A DNA stretch of 64,000 bases from Camelus ferus (GCF_009834535.1 NC_045696.1:7256001-7320000); one strand, 5' to 3'; numbered from the stretch's first letter, positions 39,498-52,761 are shown. A program made the numbers and translations. Notes: generated from the letters alone by a model not told the origin.

Positions 39498-39630
39498 GGA
39501 GAGGGTATAGCTCGGTGGTAGAGCACGGGCTCAGCATGCACAAGATCCTGGGTTCAATCCCTGGTAACTCCACTAAAAAATAATACTAATAATAAATAAA
39601 TAAACTAATTACCCCCCCCCCAAAAAAAAC
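39498..39630 (+). mobile_element. tRNA-derived camelid SINE (Vic-1-like)
   Basis: A box tagctcggtggtagagc, B box ggttcaatccc, aataaa tail; 17-bp TSD taacatgtaaaaacatg (39481-39497) / taacatgaaaaaacatg (39631-39647). Confidence 0.9.
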
Positions 39631-40360
39631 TAACATGAAAAAACATGAATTTGTTTTCTCAGCAATCTCATTTTCATGCTGGTCTACAAACCTTGGGGAA
39701 GCAACCATTTGAGGATGCCAATCTATAGCCAAACCAACAACTAACACCAGCAACTGGTCTTAACAGCAGGTGAAATATCTTATTTGAATGAGCAGAGCTC
39801 CTACTACTTGTGTGGTACCTGATTCAAGAATAAATGAGCCTAATGAGGCAGAGTGATTACCAACTAGTCAAGAAGGTAACCCCTGGCCAAACTGACAAAC
39901 CTATCACGATGGAGAGATATCTAAAAAGTTAATTTTAAGGTGTGGATAAACACCTGTCCCACCTATCTGAAATGAGACCATCAAGCTTTAGAGAGAATCA
40001 GCTTAAGGTCACCTTATTGGTTGAAATCAGTTGGCTGCTAGCTGCTGTGGAGAACTGATAGATAGATAACCTTGCCTGACTTTGTGCTTGCAGGGAACCA
40101 AGGCTAATGTTGACGGTCTATGCCCTGTTTCCTTCTAACTTTCAGGTCCATAGAATGTCTTGGCTTTTCTGATCAAAATTCACATTATTTAAGGCAGAAA
40201 GAAACCACCTTAAGAATTTTTCAGAGGTACTAAACTATTGGCATTTGTTACAGATAGAGCAGAATGTAGCCTGTCTTTTACCCAGTTATACCTTCTTTCT
40301 TTCAATAAATGTCAGAAAGAAGGAGAAAAAAGTTAGTATAGAACCAATTGTGGTCTAAGA

Positions 40361-40584
40361 TAGGGGTCAAAAAATTATCCATAGAGGAGCAGGTAAGAAA
40401 TATTTTAGGCTTTAAGGGTCATACACTTGCTGTCCCAAGAACTCAACTCCACCATAGGAGTGTGAAAACACTCATAAAAAATACATAAGCAAATGGCTGT
40501 GGCTGTGTCCCAGAAAAAAACTTTATTTACAAAAAGCGGCATCAGACCAGATTTAGTCCGTAGATTGTATTTTACCAACCCTTG
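40361..40584. mobile_element. MER58A-like hAT-Charlie MITE
   Basis: Degenerate TIRs taggggtca.../...ccaacccttg; 8-bp TSD gtctaaga/gtgtaaga; internal atggctgtggctgtgtcccagaaaaaaactttatttacaaaa. Confidence 0.85.
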
Positions 40585-41329
40585 GTGTAAGAGGATGTAT
40601 GGAGGGCCAGCAATAAGATAACCTTTAGATGACAAATTTTAGATATTCTATAACTTAAATCTGGAATGAATGCATGAAAGGGAGTATTACCCAAGTGAGA
40701 ATGGTGATTCTGCTTTAGTGTTGTGGTCCCAACATGGACACAGTCCAGTGCATGTTGTCAGAACGAGAATACCCTTTTCTCAGTCCTGTTTTCCACAGTG
40801 GGAGATTTTTTTCCCCTCCCAATAGAGAGACAGAGCAATTAATTTGATTGGCAAACTTAACATAACTGAGTATGTTTGGCAAAGTTCTGTCCTACTTCTC
40901 TCCTTGAAAGGAAGTGGCTTACAAGGACCAAACATTCTCTGTTCTGTCCTTATGCCTAAATAGTACCCTCATATAGGGAGGAATGATCCTGTCCAAGAAT
41001 ACCTGGTACCAGTTAAGAGAGTCTCTCTAACCTAAGACTTAAGATTGATAAGCTAACCTGTTGAACAAGCCTAAAGCCTTATTCTCTGGCTTGGCCTCTA
41101 TCTCTAATAAAGGAAATATTTTGGCCCCCATTGTTTCCCTTCATATTGTCCATAAGCTGGGTAGAAGACAGTGAGAGAATTCAATAGATGCCAACTAAGA
41201 GATCCCAACATATAAAACAAAATTTTAAATTTAATGCTGTCATTATAAAGAGACAAATGAAATACTGTAAGTCAGGTTGGGGACTATTAATATATAGTGA
41301 TAAACAGAGGTGAACTGAGTCTTACTAAA

Positions 41330-43095
41330 AACTTACTATAACTGCAACCCAACCTAATCCACATTGATTCCTAACTGGATTGAGGTGATTAGCTCCTCAC
41401 CCCATATACTTCATGTAGGAAGTATAATGGAGTGTATGGTGGAAGATAATATTATGTAGAGACTCTACATCCTTTTATATACAATGTGTGGCATATAATA
41501 AAAATTAAATTTTCAAAGAGACAAGACTATATAACTAATAACCAATTAAAAACATAAATAAACAATAGAAGCAGACCAAAAAATAATCCAGATATTGGAA
41601 TTAGCAGACAAGGAGTTTAACTATGAATACTATATAAAAGTAAATGGGGACAAAATGGACAAAATGAAGGGGAAAAAATGGAGAATTTCAATTCAGAATT
41701 CATTTATATAATAAAATCTATAAAAAGAAACATGTATCTTCTTGGCCTGAAAATATGACTAAAGTTAAGAACTTACGGGAAGAATTAAACAGAAGACTGG
41801 AAATAGCAAAAGAAACTCATGAGACACAGAAAAAGGTTTCACAAATGTACAACCAGAGTCTCAGATGGAAAGGAGAAAGAGAATAGGACAGAAGCCATAG
41901 TTGAAGAGATGGTGGTTGAAAATTAAAATCATTAAACTACCAGTTCAAGAAGCTAGGAAGACTGCAAGTGGAATAAATACTAAAAATTCATATTAATTCA
42001 CATTATAGCCAATCTGCTGAAAACCAAAGACAAATGGAAAAAAGCAGTAAGAGTAAAACAAAAACAAAAACGCAAAAAACAAGCAAACCAACCACATAGC
42101 TTTAAGAAGCTGCAATCAGACTTCCAGCTGATTTTTCAACAAAACTATGGAAGCAATAAAATAATGGAACTGCATCTTTAGAGTGCTAAAAGAAGAAAAA
42201 AGTGCTAAAAGAAGAAAAAGCCTAGGATTCTATACCTAGTGAACATATCCTCCAGAAGTGAGAGCAAAATAAAGTCATTTTCAGACAAATAAAAACTGAG
42301 ACTATGTTACCATCAGATCTGTTCTCAATGAAATACCATTGGAACTTCTTGAAACTGAAGGAAAATGATCACTGAAAGGAGACTAGAACTACCAGGAACA
42401 TTGCAGAATACCGAAAAGGACGAAGAAGGGAAAATATGAAGGACGAATCCAGTAATAATCCTGTCTTGGGTGTTTTACAACAGGCACAGGAGTACAATAC
42501 ATGACAACAATGACACAAAGGGCAGGTGTAGAATGCAGTGAGCTGTTGTTAAGCTTCTTGCATGATTTTTAAGTGGTAAAAGTACTAATTCAAAGTAGAC
42601 CATAGTAATTTAAGGATGCATAATGTGCTCTTTCTCACTGAAAATTATACAGGAATCTCTAACTTAAAAGTTAATAGAGAAGAAAAATGAAATATTATGA
42701 TAGAGGTGATAAGAGTGATTACTTCTGTAGAGAAAGGTGGCTGGGAGTGGGGCACACAGAAGCCTGATAGTATGCTGGAAATGTTATATATTTTGATTGT
42801 GCTGGTTATGTGCATATATATAAGTTATAAATGTATGTAAGTTTTATAAGATATATATAATTTATTTTCCTATAGTATATATAATTTATTATACACAATA
42901 AAATAATTTATCCTACACAATTGCATACATTTTAAAATTCATTATACATGTGAACACTTAATACATAATATATAATGATATTTTTTATTAATAGCATATA
43001 CCATGTATATAATACACACATTTATACATCAATTCATTGAGCTGTACTCTTAAGGTTTGTGTACTTCATTATGTGCAAATTAAAACTCAAAAAAA
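41330..43095 (+). mobile_element. Old L1M ORF1-region remnant followed by an L1 3' end with AT-rich filler
   Basis: ccagatattggaattagcagacaaggagttt, ctgctgaaaaccaaagacaaa, ctaggattctatacctagtgaacatatcctcc; 3' end gctgtactcttaaggtttgtgtacttcattatgtgcaaatt. Confidence 0.65.
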
Positions 43096-43099
43096 AGAA

Positions 43100-45320
43100 A
43101 AAAGATGGCAGAATAGGAGGATGCAGAACCTAGCTCCCCCCATGAACACATCAAAAATACTCTGTGTGGATCAATTCTCACTGAAAACTAACCAGAGACT
43201 GGCAGAAAAACTCATACAAACAAGGTTGTAAGAAAGACCCACATGGAATTGGACAGGAAGTGAAGAGGAGAGATCACGATGGGACCTGTGTCTTTTGGAG
43301 GGGATTCAGAAGAGGAGGGAGATTGCATGGGCAGAGATCCTCCCTGGCAAGTGAGCAGTTTGAGCTACATATTGGCCACCCCAGCCATGGGATCCAACAC
43401 CAGAAATATGAATCCCTTTGGTGTGTTGGAAAGCCAGTGGGACTAAAAAGAGGGCTGTGGGGAACCTGAACCCTGCTTGTGAGGAATTCACACATAATTG
43501 CTTATTCCTGAAATAGGGTGGAGACGGCAGCTTGAAACTACACAGGGCACTAGCTGGTTTCCCTTGATCACCCCAGCACATGTCCCAGCCTGAGAAGAGT
43601 GTCTGCTCTGGTTCCTGCTTGCTTCATGATGCAGCTCCACATGGGGGCTAAGGCTGCCCTAGCTGAGGGGAGAGCTCAGTTGTGAGGGACAAAGGTGACT
43701 CAGACCCAGAGGGGAATCCGAGCAGGGTCGGGGCAGCCATTGCTAGTGCTTACGGAGGCAGTGCATCAAAGGCAGTACAGGATGCTGACTGCGTCCAGGG
43801 GCCGCCCCAGTCCACACCCAGATGCATGCCAAGCACCCAAACCAGCCCCTCTTGTTCCAATTCTGCTCCCCTTTGGGGCAAGGGTGCCAGTGTTGGGAGG
43901 GAGAAGACCACACACTTAAAGGGAACAGAGCTGGCTCAGATTCGACCCTCTGGGCTCTGTCCAGCAATTTGGAACCCACCCCCACTCCCAATAGGGCGGT
44001 TCTGCCCACTGAACAGAGAAGTTCTGGCGCATACCTGGCTCTGGCCCTGCCAGAGAGAAATTAGAAATTAGAACAATTTCTCACACCAGATACAAAAGCA
44101 AATTCAAAATGGATTAAAGACCTAAATGTAAGACTTGAAGCCACAAAATTCCTAGAAGAGAACATAGGTAAAACACTCTGACATAAATTGTAGGAATGTT
44201 TTTTGGATCTGTAACTTAAGGCAAAAGACATAAGCACAAAAATAAACAAATGAGACCTAATTAAACTCAAAAGCTTTTGCACAGCAAAGGAAACCATCGA
44301 TAAAACAAAAGAGCAACCTATTGAAAGGGAGAAAATATTTGCAAATGATATGATGGGTAAAGAATTAATATCCAAAATATATAAACAGCTCAAAAAACAA
44401 TATCAAAAAACAAACAACCCAGTTAAAAAATGGAAGAAGACCTAAACAGACATTTTTTCCAAAGCAGATATACAGATGGTGAATAGGCACGTGAAAAGAT
44501 GATAAACACTGCTAGTTATCAGAGAAATGCAAATCAAAACCGTGATGAGATATTACCTTACACCAGTCAAAATGGCTATCATCAAAAACTCTGCAAATAA
44601 CAAATGTTGGTGAGGATGCGGAGAAAAAGGACCCCTCCTACACTGTTGACGGGAATGTAACTTGGTGCAGCCACTATAGAAAACAGTATGGAGGTTCCTC
44701 AAAAAAAAACTAAAAATAGAACTGCCAAATGACCCAGGAATCCCACTTCTGGGTATATAACCTAAGAAAATAAAAACACTAATTTGAAAAGATAAATGTG
44801 CCCTAGTGTTCACAGCAGCATTATTTGTAATAGCCAAGATATGGAAGCAACCTAAGTGTCCATCAATTGATGAATGGGTAAAGAAGATGTGGTGTAGACA
44901 GATAGATACAGTGAAATATTTCTCAGCTATAAAAAAGGATGAAATTCTGCTACTTGGAAGAACGTTGTTGGACTGAGAGGGCATTATGCTTAGTGAAGTA
45001 AGTCAAACAGAGAATGACAGATACTCTGTTATCAATTATATATGGAATCTAAAAAATAAAACAAACAATTGAACATAACAAAACAGAAACAGACTCACAG
45101 ATATAAAGAACAAACTAGTCACCAGTTGGGGGGGAGGTATAAGATAGAATTAGGGAACTAAGAGATACAAACTACTCTGTATAAGATAAATAAGCAACAA
45201 GGATATATTGTATAGCACAGGGAAATATAGTCATTATTCAGTAATAACTTTAAATAAAGTATAATATATAGTGAGTCAACCACACTTCAATAAAAAAATT
45301 AAAATTAAAAAATTAAAAAA
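43100..45320 (+). mobile_element. Internally deleted L1 (5' UTR joined to distal ORF2, 3' UTR and A-rich tail)
   Basis: L1 5' end aagatggcagaataggaggatgcag...; from 44065 ORF2 remnant [23 protein letters not shown]; degenerate cysteine-rich C-terminal motif ~44600-44680; tail cacttcaataaaaaaa. Confidence 0.8.
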
Positions 45321-45329
45321 TTTCAATTA

Positions 45330-46480
45330 AAAATTCTTCATCAGCAAAGAAAGAGAAATATTGTAGTCATAAAACAAGATAGGATGCTTAAAATGGGACA
45401 AATTGAAGAATGAGTCTTCGAAAACTAGAAATATGATAGATATAAATACATATAATAGCAAAAAAAAAAAAAGTAAAAGAGTTAAAAGATATCTCTCCAA
45501 AAAGAATATATTCCATAGGAGAAAAAAAGTACGAAAATTAGAAGCTCAATATGGGAGATCAAATCTGGCTAACAGGAGTCCCAGAAATATAGACCAGAGA
45601 AAATGAAGGAAATTATTGAACAAATAGTTCAATAAATTTTCCCAAAATTGAAGAACATGAATCTCCAAATAAAAAATTCCACTGAATGTCCAGAGTGATG
45701 AATAGAAAAAGACTAACATCAAAGAACACCACAGTGCAATGTCAGGACATCAGATGGAAAGAAACATTCCAAGAATTTTTGGAGAGATAAAGGTCACAAA
45801 CAAAGGGTCAGGAACTGGAATGGAATTCAACTCCTCAACAAAACACAGATAACCAAAAGTTATGGAAGCAAAGAAAACATGGGATCCAGGCATCTGGGAT
45901 CCAACATAGGAGGGATGCTATGGGAATTCACAGGGTGATGGCGAAGGAAAAATCCCAGTTAACAGTTGTGCAGCAAACCTGAGAAGCATGCAGTCCACAC
46001 CCACACAGGTGCTCAGAGAGCTCCACGTCTTGTCCTCGGCAAGAAAATGGAACTAATAGAGATGATTTGTGAGGAAAGGACATTGAGTGGGATCTTACAG
46101 AGTTATTACCTTAGGTGAGAAAGCACTTAATAATAGCTCATAAAAAGCAAAACAATTGAAGAAATAAAGCAATTCAGTCACATTTTATAAAGATAGTTTT
46201 TACAAATCAGGAACTGTCATCATTGTACACTCATTTGTTAATCAGTTTATGGCCTTATCTCGTTTGGTTATACAAGGGAAAAGGTCAAATATGGATGTCA
46301 CCACAAAAGAGCTAAAATTGTCACCTACTGTACTGGAAAGTTATAGATAGATCTAAAACTGTAGACTCAAGAAATAGCAGTGTCTGCATTTATTTTTACA
46401 TTTGGAGGTAAATATGAGAACAAGGAACTAAATACATAGAAAGCAGATATGCTGGGAAACAGGAAGTGGGTGGAAACATG
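45330..46480 (+). mobile_element. Highly degenerate L1ME/HAL1-type ORF1-region remnant
   Basis: ctggctaacaggagtcccagaaa...aaattttcccaaaattgaagaacatgaatctccaaat. Confidence 0.55.
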
Positions 46481-46529
46481 AGACCACATTTTTTGTAGTG
46501 AGATTTTTCCCACTAGAATTTTTTTCCTC

Positions 46530-47045
46530 TTTTATCTTGACCAATTTTCAAATCTCTATAAAAGTTAAAGGACAGTCCAATAAGCAGTATCCATATACTC
46601 TTAACCTGGATTCCCCGTTGGCTTTATCTTGCCCTCATTTTTTTCTGAACCACTTGAAGTGAGTTGAAAATATCACAAAGCTTCATTCATAAATACGCCA
46701 GCTGGTGTCTCTTGGGAACAAAGACATTCTAGCCCATACTGTGAATATCATTTTCATGTTTAAGGAAATTAACAATGACACTCTGCTGATAGGAAATCCA
46801 CAGTCAGATTTCCTCAATAGTCTTGCAAATGCTGTTCATATAAATACATATTTTTCTATCCAGGATTTAATCAGACTTCACAGTTTGCATTTAGATATTT
46901 TTGTCTCTTTGGACTTTTTAATTGTAGAATAATCCTTGCCCCACTAGACTTTTTCTGTTCTTTATGACACTGAAGACAGGACTCCATTTGTCTTATAGAA
47001 TGGCTCACACATAGATGTTTCTTCATGATTAGATTAAGGTTTGTA
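46530..47045 (-). mobile_element. L1MC4/5-like 3' end
   Basis: ttctgaaccacttgaagtgagttg...gaacaaagacattct...atttcctcaatagtc...gtttcttcatgattagatt. Confidence 0.65.
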
Positions 47046-47144
47046 TTGAAATTGTCTCTATGGGCATATATTACTTTAATAAATGAAGTAAAATGGAAAA
47101 CATGAAGATGATATTTGTTTACATTTGTTTCAAAAAAATGGCTT

Positions 47145-47220
47145 TGCATGCTTAGCATGCATAAGGTTCTGGCTTCAATCCGCAGTACCTACCTAGAAAA
47201 AAAAACAAAAAAACAAAAAG
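47145..47220 (+). mobile_element. 5'-truncated Vic-1-like SINE
   Basis: tgcatgcttagcatgcataaggttctggcttcaatccgcagtacct plus A-rich tail. Confidence 0.75.
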
Positions 47221-48066
47221 ACGGTTCTTTCTCGCCAAGATCTCCTTGAGCTGAAGTTTGATGCCTTCCCCGTGTTAATTGGGTCAACATGTGCTTACTA
47301 ACTGTTCCCTAACACAAGTCACTCCAGGAAGCAGGTTAAACACCTTTTCTCAGAGAGGCATACACTTTCACAGCTTTTCATTTTAAATTTGTTCCCAGTG
47401 AGGATTTTGTCCCTCATCTACCCAGGAAATTCTGTTACTGAAAATTCTTGTGTCAGTTATCTCAACCACAAATGGAACTTGTTTCTGCCCAAATCCCTCA
47501 GTAGCTGAATAGATTTGATTCTCCTGTGAGATAAAGCAAGATCCAAAGACTCTGCGGAGACCTGGCTTCTGGGCTCGGATCTGCCATTGACACTTCAGGC
47601 GACCTTAAGCAAGACCCTCGCCTCTCTAGACTCCAGTGTTCTTATCTATAAAAAGAAGAGGGTAGAACAAGTTGATAATGAAAAGTGCCTTTCAAACTAT
47701 GATTCTGAAGTGAGCAGAAAAGAGAGAATTCAAGGGCAGATAGCCGTCTGCACACCCAGTAGATGTCTCTTTTTACCTTACCTGCCAGCCAGATGTGGTC
47801 ATCCTCTGTACAAAACATGTCAGTCCTTGATTGCGATGGGGAGACCAGGGGAATGGAGCAGAGGAGAACATATAAGGGGCAGTGGTGCAAATACCAGTGC
47901 TCAGGCAGACGCCAGAAAACCCCACCTTCTGAAATTATCTACGTGATAATGAGCTGTGTGGCATGTAATTTAGTCTAAGAAACAAGCTTAATGTTAAAAG
48001 GAAAAGAAACTTCAAAGTATTCTCAAGGCAAAGAAGTACTTAATGAACATTTAGTAAATTTAATGG

Positions 48067-48770
48067 TGAATGAGTTCAGGACATGCCATCCCGAAATATG
48101 TTGCTTTGGGAAATATTGATTATTTTGAGCTGTAGCCACTGGAAAAACAACAAATGCAGGGAGAGCTTATTCTGAACTCCACTAATGCATCAAGCCAGAT
48201 CCCCCAAAAGGAACTCAACTGTCATAAATCCCCTCCCCAGGAGCGCCACCAACAGGGAAGATTGGCAGGGAGCGTACAGCTCAGTGGTAGTGTGCCCTTA
48301 GCATGGCTGAGGTCCTGGGTTCAATCCCCAGTACCTCCATTAAAAATCAACCAATCAATCAATAAACCTAATTACCCCTCCTCCTGCCGAAAAACCCAGG
48401 AAGATTGACCTCATCCCAGGAGAAGAGACGAGAAGGCGGCACCGCAGCCAGACAAACCTCTTCACAGACTGTCAGCAGCCCCCATCTGTTCTTCTAAGGG
48501 CCTCTTGGTCTTTCCTGAAAATCATTCACTCTCCCCTAACTGGCTATGTCCTCCCCCTCCCCCATCTCCTATTAAGACAGTATTTTAAGCTCTCAAATCA
48601 CACCAATTCATTGACTATTCACTCTTTTTTCTTGTGATGCCCCATACACGATAATAAAAATGAATAAATGTGTACCCCTTTTCTGCTCTCAATCTGCCTG
48701 TTGTCAGTTTATTTCAAAGACCCAGCTATTAAACCTAGGAAGATGTAGGGAAAGCCCCTCCTCCCCTACA
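48067..48770 (+). mobile_element. ERV1 solo LTR, MER34-like (copy B), with SINE insertion
   Basis: TGAATGAGTTCAGGACATGCCATCCCGAAATATG start, end CTCCCCTACA; homologous to 36417-36960. Confidence 0.75.
48265..48395 (+). mobile_element. Vic-1-like SINE inserted in LTR copy B
   Basis: cagctcagtggtag...ggtcctgggttcaatccccagtacctcc...aataaacctaattacc; TSD ggaagattg at 48256-48264 and 48399-48407; LTR copy A shows the empty site. Confidence 0.9.
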
Positions 48771-49598
48771 GGGGAATCTCCAGGTTCAAGACTGTTGGCG
48801 GTAGCAGGCTGCCTTTATTGCTGGTGTTATTTCCTTCAAATTGCTGCAAACATTTTGTATATTCTCTCTCGAGACCTAACAGAAGGAAGGCAGAAGAGGT
48901 GGGGAGAGCCCTGAACGAGGCATCAGGTGGCCTGTCTCCTCCCACTCTGCAGTTAAGTGGGTCAACTTGAGGCAAATCTCATAGCCCTTCTAGGCTGCCA
49001 TTTTTAAATCCTTGAGAAGGACAGAAGTAGGGGTGTAGATTGACTCATCTCTCAAATTCTTTACTCCCCAAAACTCAGTGAGCTGGTTCCTGAAACTTTG
49101 GAGTTAAGCAAGAAACGATATTTATTGCATGATTTTACTAACATCATGTTGAATACCTGGCTGGGTACCGACTTGACAGTGTTTCCCCATCTTCCTTTCC
49201 TTAAACGATCTACTCTCTAATTGCTTTTTGTCTCCTGAATGGGTATAAAGGAAATATCCAGTTTTTTTCTTTCTTGGCTTACAGCCATGACTTCTTGTCC
49301 CAGAGGTTTGTGAGCCTGTGAATAATTATCTGGTTTAACTTGAGGATGCCCTGAAGGTAATAACGTGCATTGCTCATGGGTCAGCGTTGCCTGTACTTCC
49401 TGTGTAAAGCTCTCCCCTTCTAAAACAGTCTGCAATGATAACATTACCAACAGGACCGCTCCAAATTTACACAGAAACTTCCTCCAGAGTGTCTTTCAGG
49501 TTTCTTATACCAGTGATCAACACAGGCTTTAGCAAGGAGTAAGGACAAGGAACTATGCTCAGTAATGTTGGAGGGGCTCTTCAAAACCGTTTTTCTCA
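48655..49598 (+). repeat. Local duplication, copy 2
   Basis: Near-identical to 36845-37787. Confidence 0.95.
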
Positions 49599-49974
49599 TT
49601 CACTCCTAAATCCTAACATCTTTGCTAGGTCCTCGGAGGCATTAGAGCCTGGAGAAAATAGAAGGGGAAGGGACTCAGAAGTACAGCCCTTTTTCAGGCA
49701 GAGAGTGAAACGGTGAGTCTTGGGTCAGACCTGCTAGCGGAGGTGCAGGGAAGATCATCGACACACCCATAGAGTTTTGTCTTAAGAGATACATCAATCA
49801 GCCACAATGATTGGGCCTTTTTTGGACCCTGATTCAAACAACCTGTTTAAAAAATAACAGGACAATCAGGCAAATGGAGCACAGACTGGATTTTGATGAA
49901 ATTAAAAAATTGCTCCTTTTTGAAGATGCCATAATGATATTAAGTTTCATGTTCTAATTGAAAAGTTTTTACCA

Positions 49975-50090
49975 GCAGGGAGATTACAGCTCAGTGGTAG
50001 AGCGCCTGCATTCAGTCCCCAGTACCTCCGTTAATAAATAAATAAACCTAATTTCTTCCTCCTCCGAATTTTTTTTAAATTAAATTTTTA
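49975..50090 (+). mobile_element. Vic-1-like SINE with internal deletion, inserted in an old L1MC-like fragment (~49770-50305)
   Basis: acagctcagtggtagagcgcctgca|ttcagtccccagtacctcc...aataaacctaattt; TSD aaaagtttttacc (49961-49973) / aaaagtttttatc (50091-50103). Confidence 0.8.
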
Positions 50091-52761
50091 AAAAGTTTTT
50101 ATCTTTTAGGAATTCTAACTGAAATGATAATGATGTATGACTTTTGCTTCAAAATAGTCTGAGTTGGGGGAGGTGCGAGGATAGATGGAGTGAGATTGGG
50201 TAAAAGCTCATAAACAGTTGAAGCTGAGGGGTGGGTGCAGGTCTTCCTGATTTGATTCTTTCTAACTTTCTATCTGTATGAAATTGCCCATAACAATTTT
50301 TAAATGACCATCAGGAAAACAAATCTTTTCACAGCTGAACACTAAGAGGAGACACCAGATTTGATGTGTTCCATTGTCTTTTTGGCACCCCCTGGGGTCT
50401 CTTGGGTAGAAATAAACTCTTGCATTTGAAGGTAAATGGAAGGAATAGGAAATGGGAGAAGGGAGAAGAGTCCTGGTGCTTTTATTTTCCCATATAACCC
50501 TAATATTGCTACACATTTGAATCATGTTTTATGGGTTCTAAGTACTTTTTATTGCATCTCAGAAAAAGCCAGGGATGTAGGTGTGTTATCATACGTGATA
50601 CCTGACAAAATGTCTTCATTATGCTGTTTTGCAGTTGTTCTCTTTTTAATGATTTACTTTAAACCTCTAAAAATATTCTTACTGCCGTATTAGTCTCTTA
50701 GTTGATACCTAAGGATTTATTTCCTGTTCTAGCTTTGCATGGAAAACTCAGCCTGAATATCTATTTACAATATTAGAATTCTTAAATATTTCCCTCTAAT
50801 GATTTGGAGAAATTTTATTTTTCCTCTTAGTTTCTATTTAGGGGAAAATACAGGGTTGGGGGGAAAACCTGTCTTATTTCCTTTGAGTCCACCCAGCTGG
50901 TTTATTTTGTGTTCACTTATTTCCCAGGCCTCCAGTCCAAGTGTGAAGCCATTAGAAGTGTCCTGTTCTTTTTAATACTTTATCAGCATTTCCTTTATTA
51001 GCCACATTATCCTATATCTCTTTCCTGCGAAAGCTTTTTAAGTACATATTGATGAAGCCATGTCTTTTGTTATTTAAATATTATTCCATCAACATTTACA
51101 AGTACTTCATAAGAAGATTTAAACACAATATCCTACCCTAATGATCACAAGCCCACACATTTTTTAAAAATCTGACTCCTTTTCTCTTTTTTGTTTGTAT
51201 ACGTCCCATTCCAGTATTCCACCCACTGAGCACAGGAAACTCACAGAGGCCCTGGTATTAAAAATTCCGGACTGGTCACAGACCTTTAACAAGATCAAGA
51301 GGGGTAAACACTATCTTTATAAGGGCAACACATTCTTAAGTTAATATGAAAGAACTAGATGTGTTTTGCCAGCATTGGTCTTTATGGAATCACTCGACAG
51401 TCATTCAAGGGGGCAGTGAATTTCTATGCTGTACCAAGACCATCCTATTAGGGTCCCGAAGCAGAGCACTGGAAGAGAAGGGCTCCCCTGGGTGAAGATG
51501 TCCCTGGGCTCTGACAGGAGTTACTCTGTGACTCTGCAAATATTAAATATAGCTACATGAATCACACTACAAAATTCCAGTCCTGAAATCTGGTGTCAGG
51601 CATAACAATTTGTTCTCTCTCGTTGCTCATGAACAGCAAAGAATCAATTGAAGAAATTTTGGTCTGGATACTCTGCTGCTTTTTTCCTCCCTCTGGAAGA
51701 CACCCTCTGCCTTTGACATGACATATGCTTCTCAAGTGTTATTTTGTGTTTATTAATCTTTGAACTAAATTGTCAGTCCTTGTGACTAGAAAGACATTTG
51801 CCCAGAACCCTCCTGACTCATGCTAAATGTACACAACAGCTGATAAACTCCCGTGACCTCTGAGGAGACAGATGGGCTGTGTGGCTTTGAACACCCACGT
51901 GGCTTTCAGGACTATGGTTGACAGCATAACCCAGGTTAAGACGGTTGGCAAAAATGTTGAGGCTTTCCCCACTTAGCAAGTTGGTCACAGGGGTAGTGTC
52001 ACCCATTGTATTGTTCTATCAAATCCGTTTCTCTGTTATAACCCTCCTTGCCACTGGGCTTCCTCATTTGCATATGTCTGTGTGTGTTTTTCTTTCTGAT
52101 TACAAAATAATCCATGCTCGTTGCAATAGTAACAAAAGCTCACGTTAATTGATTGCTTCTAAAGTGCCAGGTACTCTACTATAAACTTAACTCTTGCCTC
52201 ACTTAATCGTCAACAATTTATGAGCTAAGGATTATTATCTCCATTTTGCAGATTTAAAAAGTTTGAACATAAAGGATTCAGAAAGTTTATCACTCATTCA
52301 TTTTTCCTGAAAAACTTCCTTCAGGGAAAAAGAAGAAACCCAAGAAAGAGAATGAAATTTCAAACATGTAAAAGTGGTGAAAAAAATATGCTAGTAAAAT
52401 TTATACTTAAATCTTAACATAAAGACATTTAAGGAAGGGTTTTAAAGAAATAAAACAGAAAAATGTATAAAAAAAAGTTTAATGATAAACTGGAACTAAA
52501 ATTTCATCTTACTGCTACAAAACACAAGATGCCTAAGATCTTACCTTGTTGCAGAGGATGTTATACAGGGTCATTCTAAATGCTTGTAGAAAAGCATTCC
52601 TTAAAAGTTTCATTAAAATTAAGGGCTGTCTTATCAAAATTGTCAACTTCATCAAAAACAAGGAAAGAATGAGAAATTGTCACAGCCAAGAAGAGACTAA
52701 ACGGACAATGTAATGGATCCTGGAACAGATAAAGGACATATAACAAAAACTAAAGAAATAT

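Noticed and set aside
39498..39575. tRNA gene (also 48265 and 62687)
   Set aside because: A and B boxes are present, but they are followed by the SINE tail and flanked by TSDs, so these are tRNA-derived SINEs
42182..42219. Perfect 19-bp tandem duplication agtgctaaaagaagaaaaa
   Set aside because: Ordinary slippage in a dead L1; only two units and no spacers, so not an array
44061..44984. Minus-strand ORFs of 110 and 143 aa
   Set aside because: Antisense reading of an L1 ORF2 remnant
36417..48770. Two same-orientation LTRs as the ends of one provirus
   Set aside because: No primer-binding site after LTR A, no gag/pol/env remnants between them (the interior is L1, SINE, MER58), no shared TSD, and both are followed by the same flank
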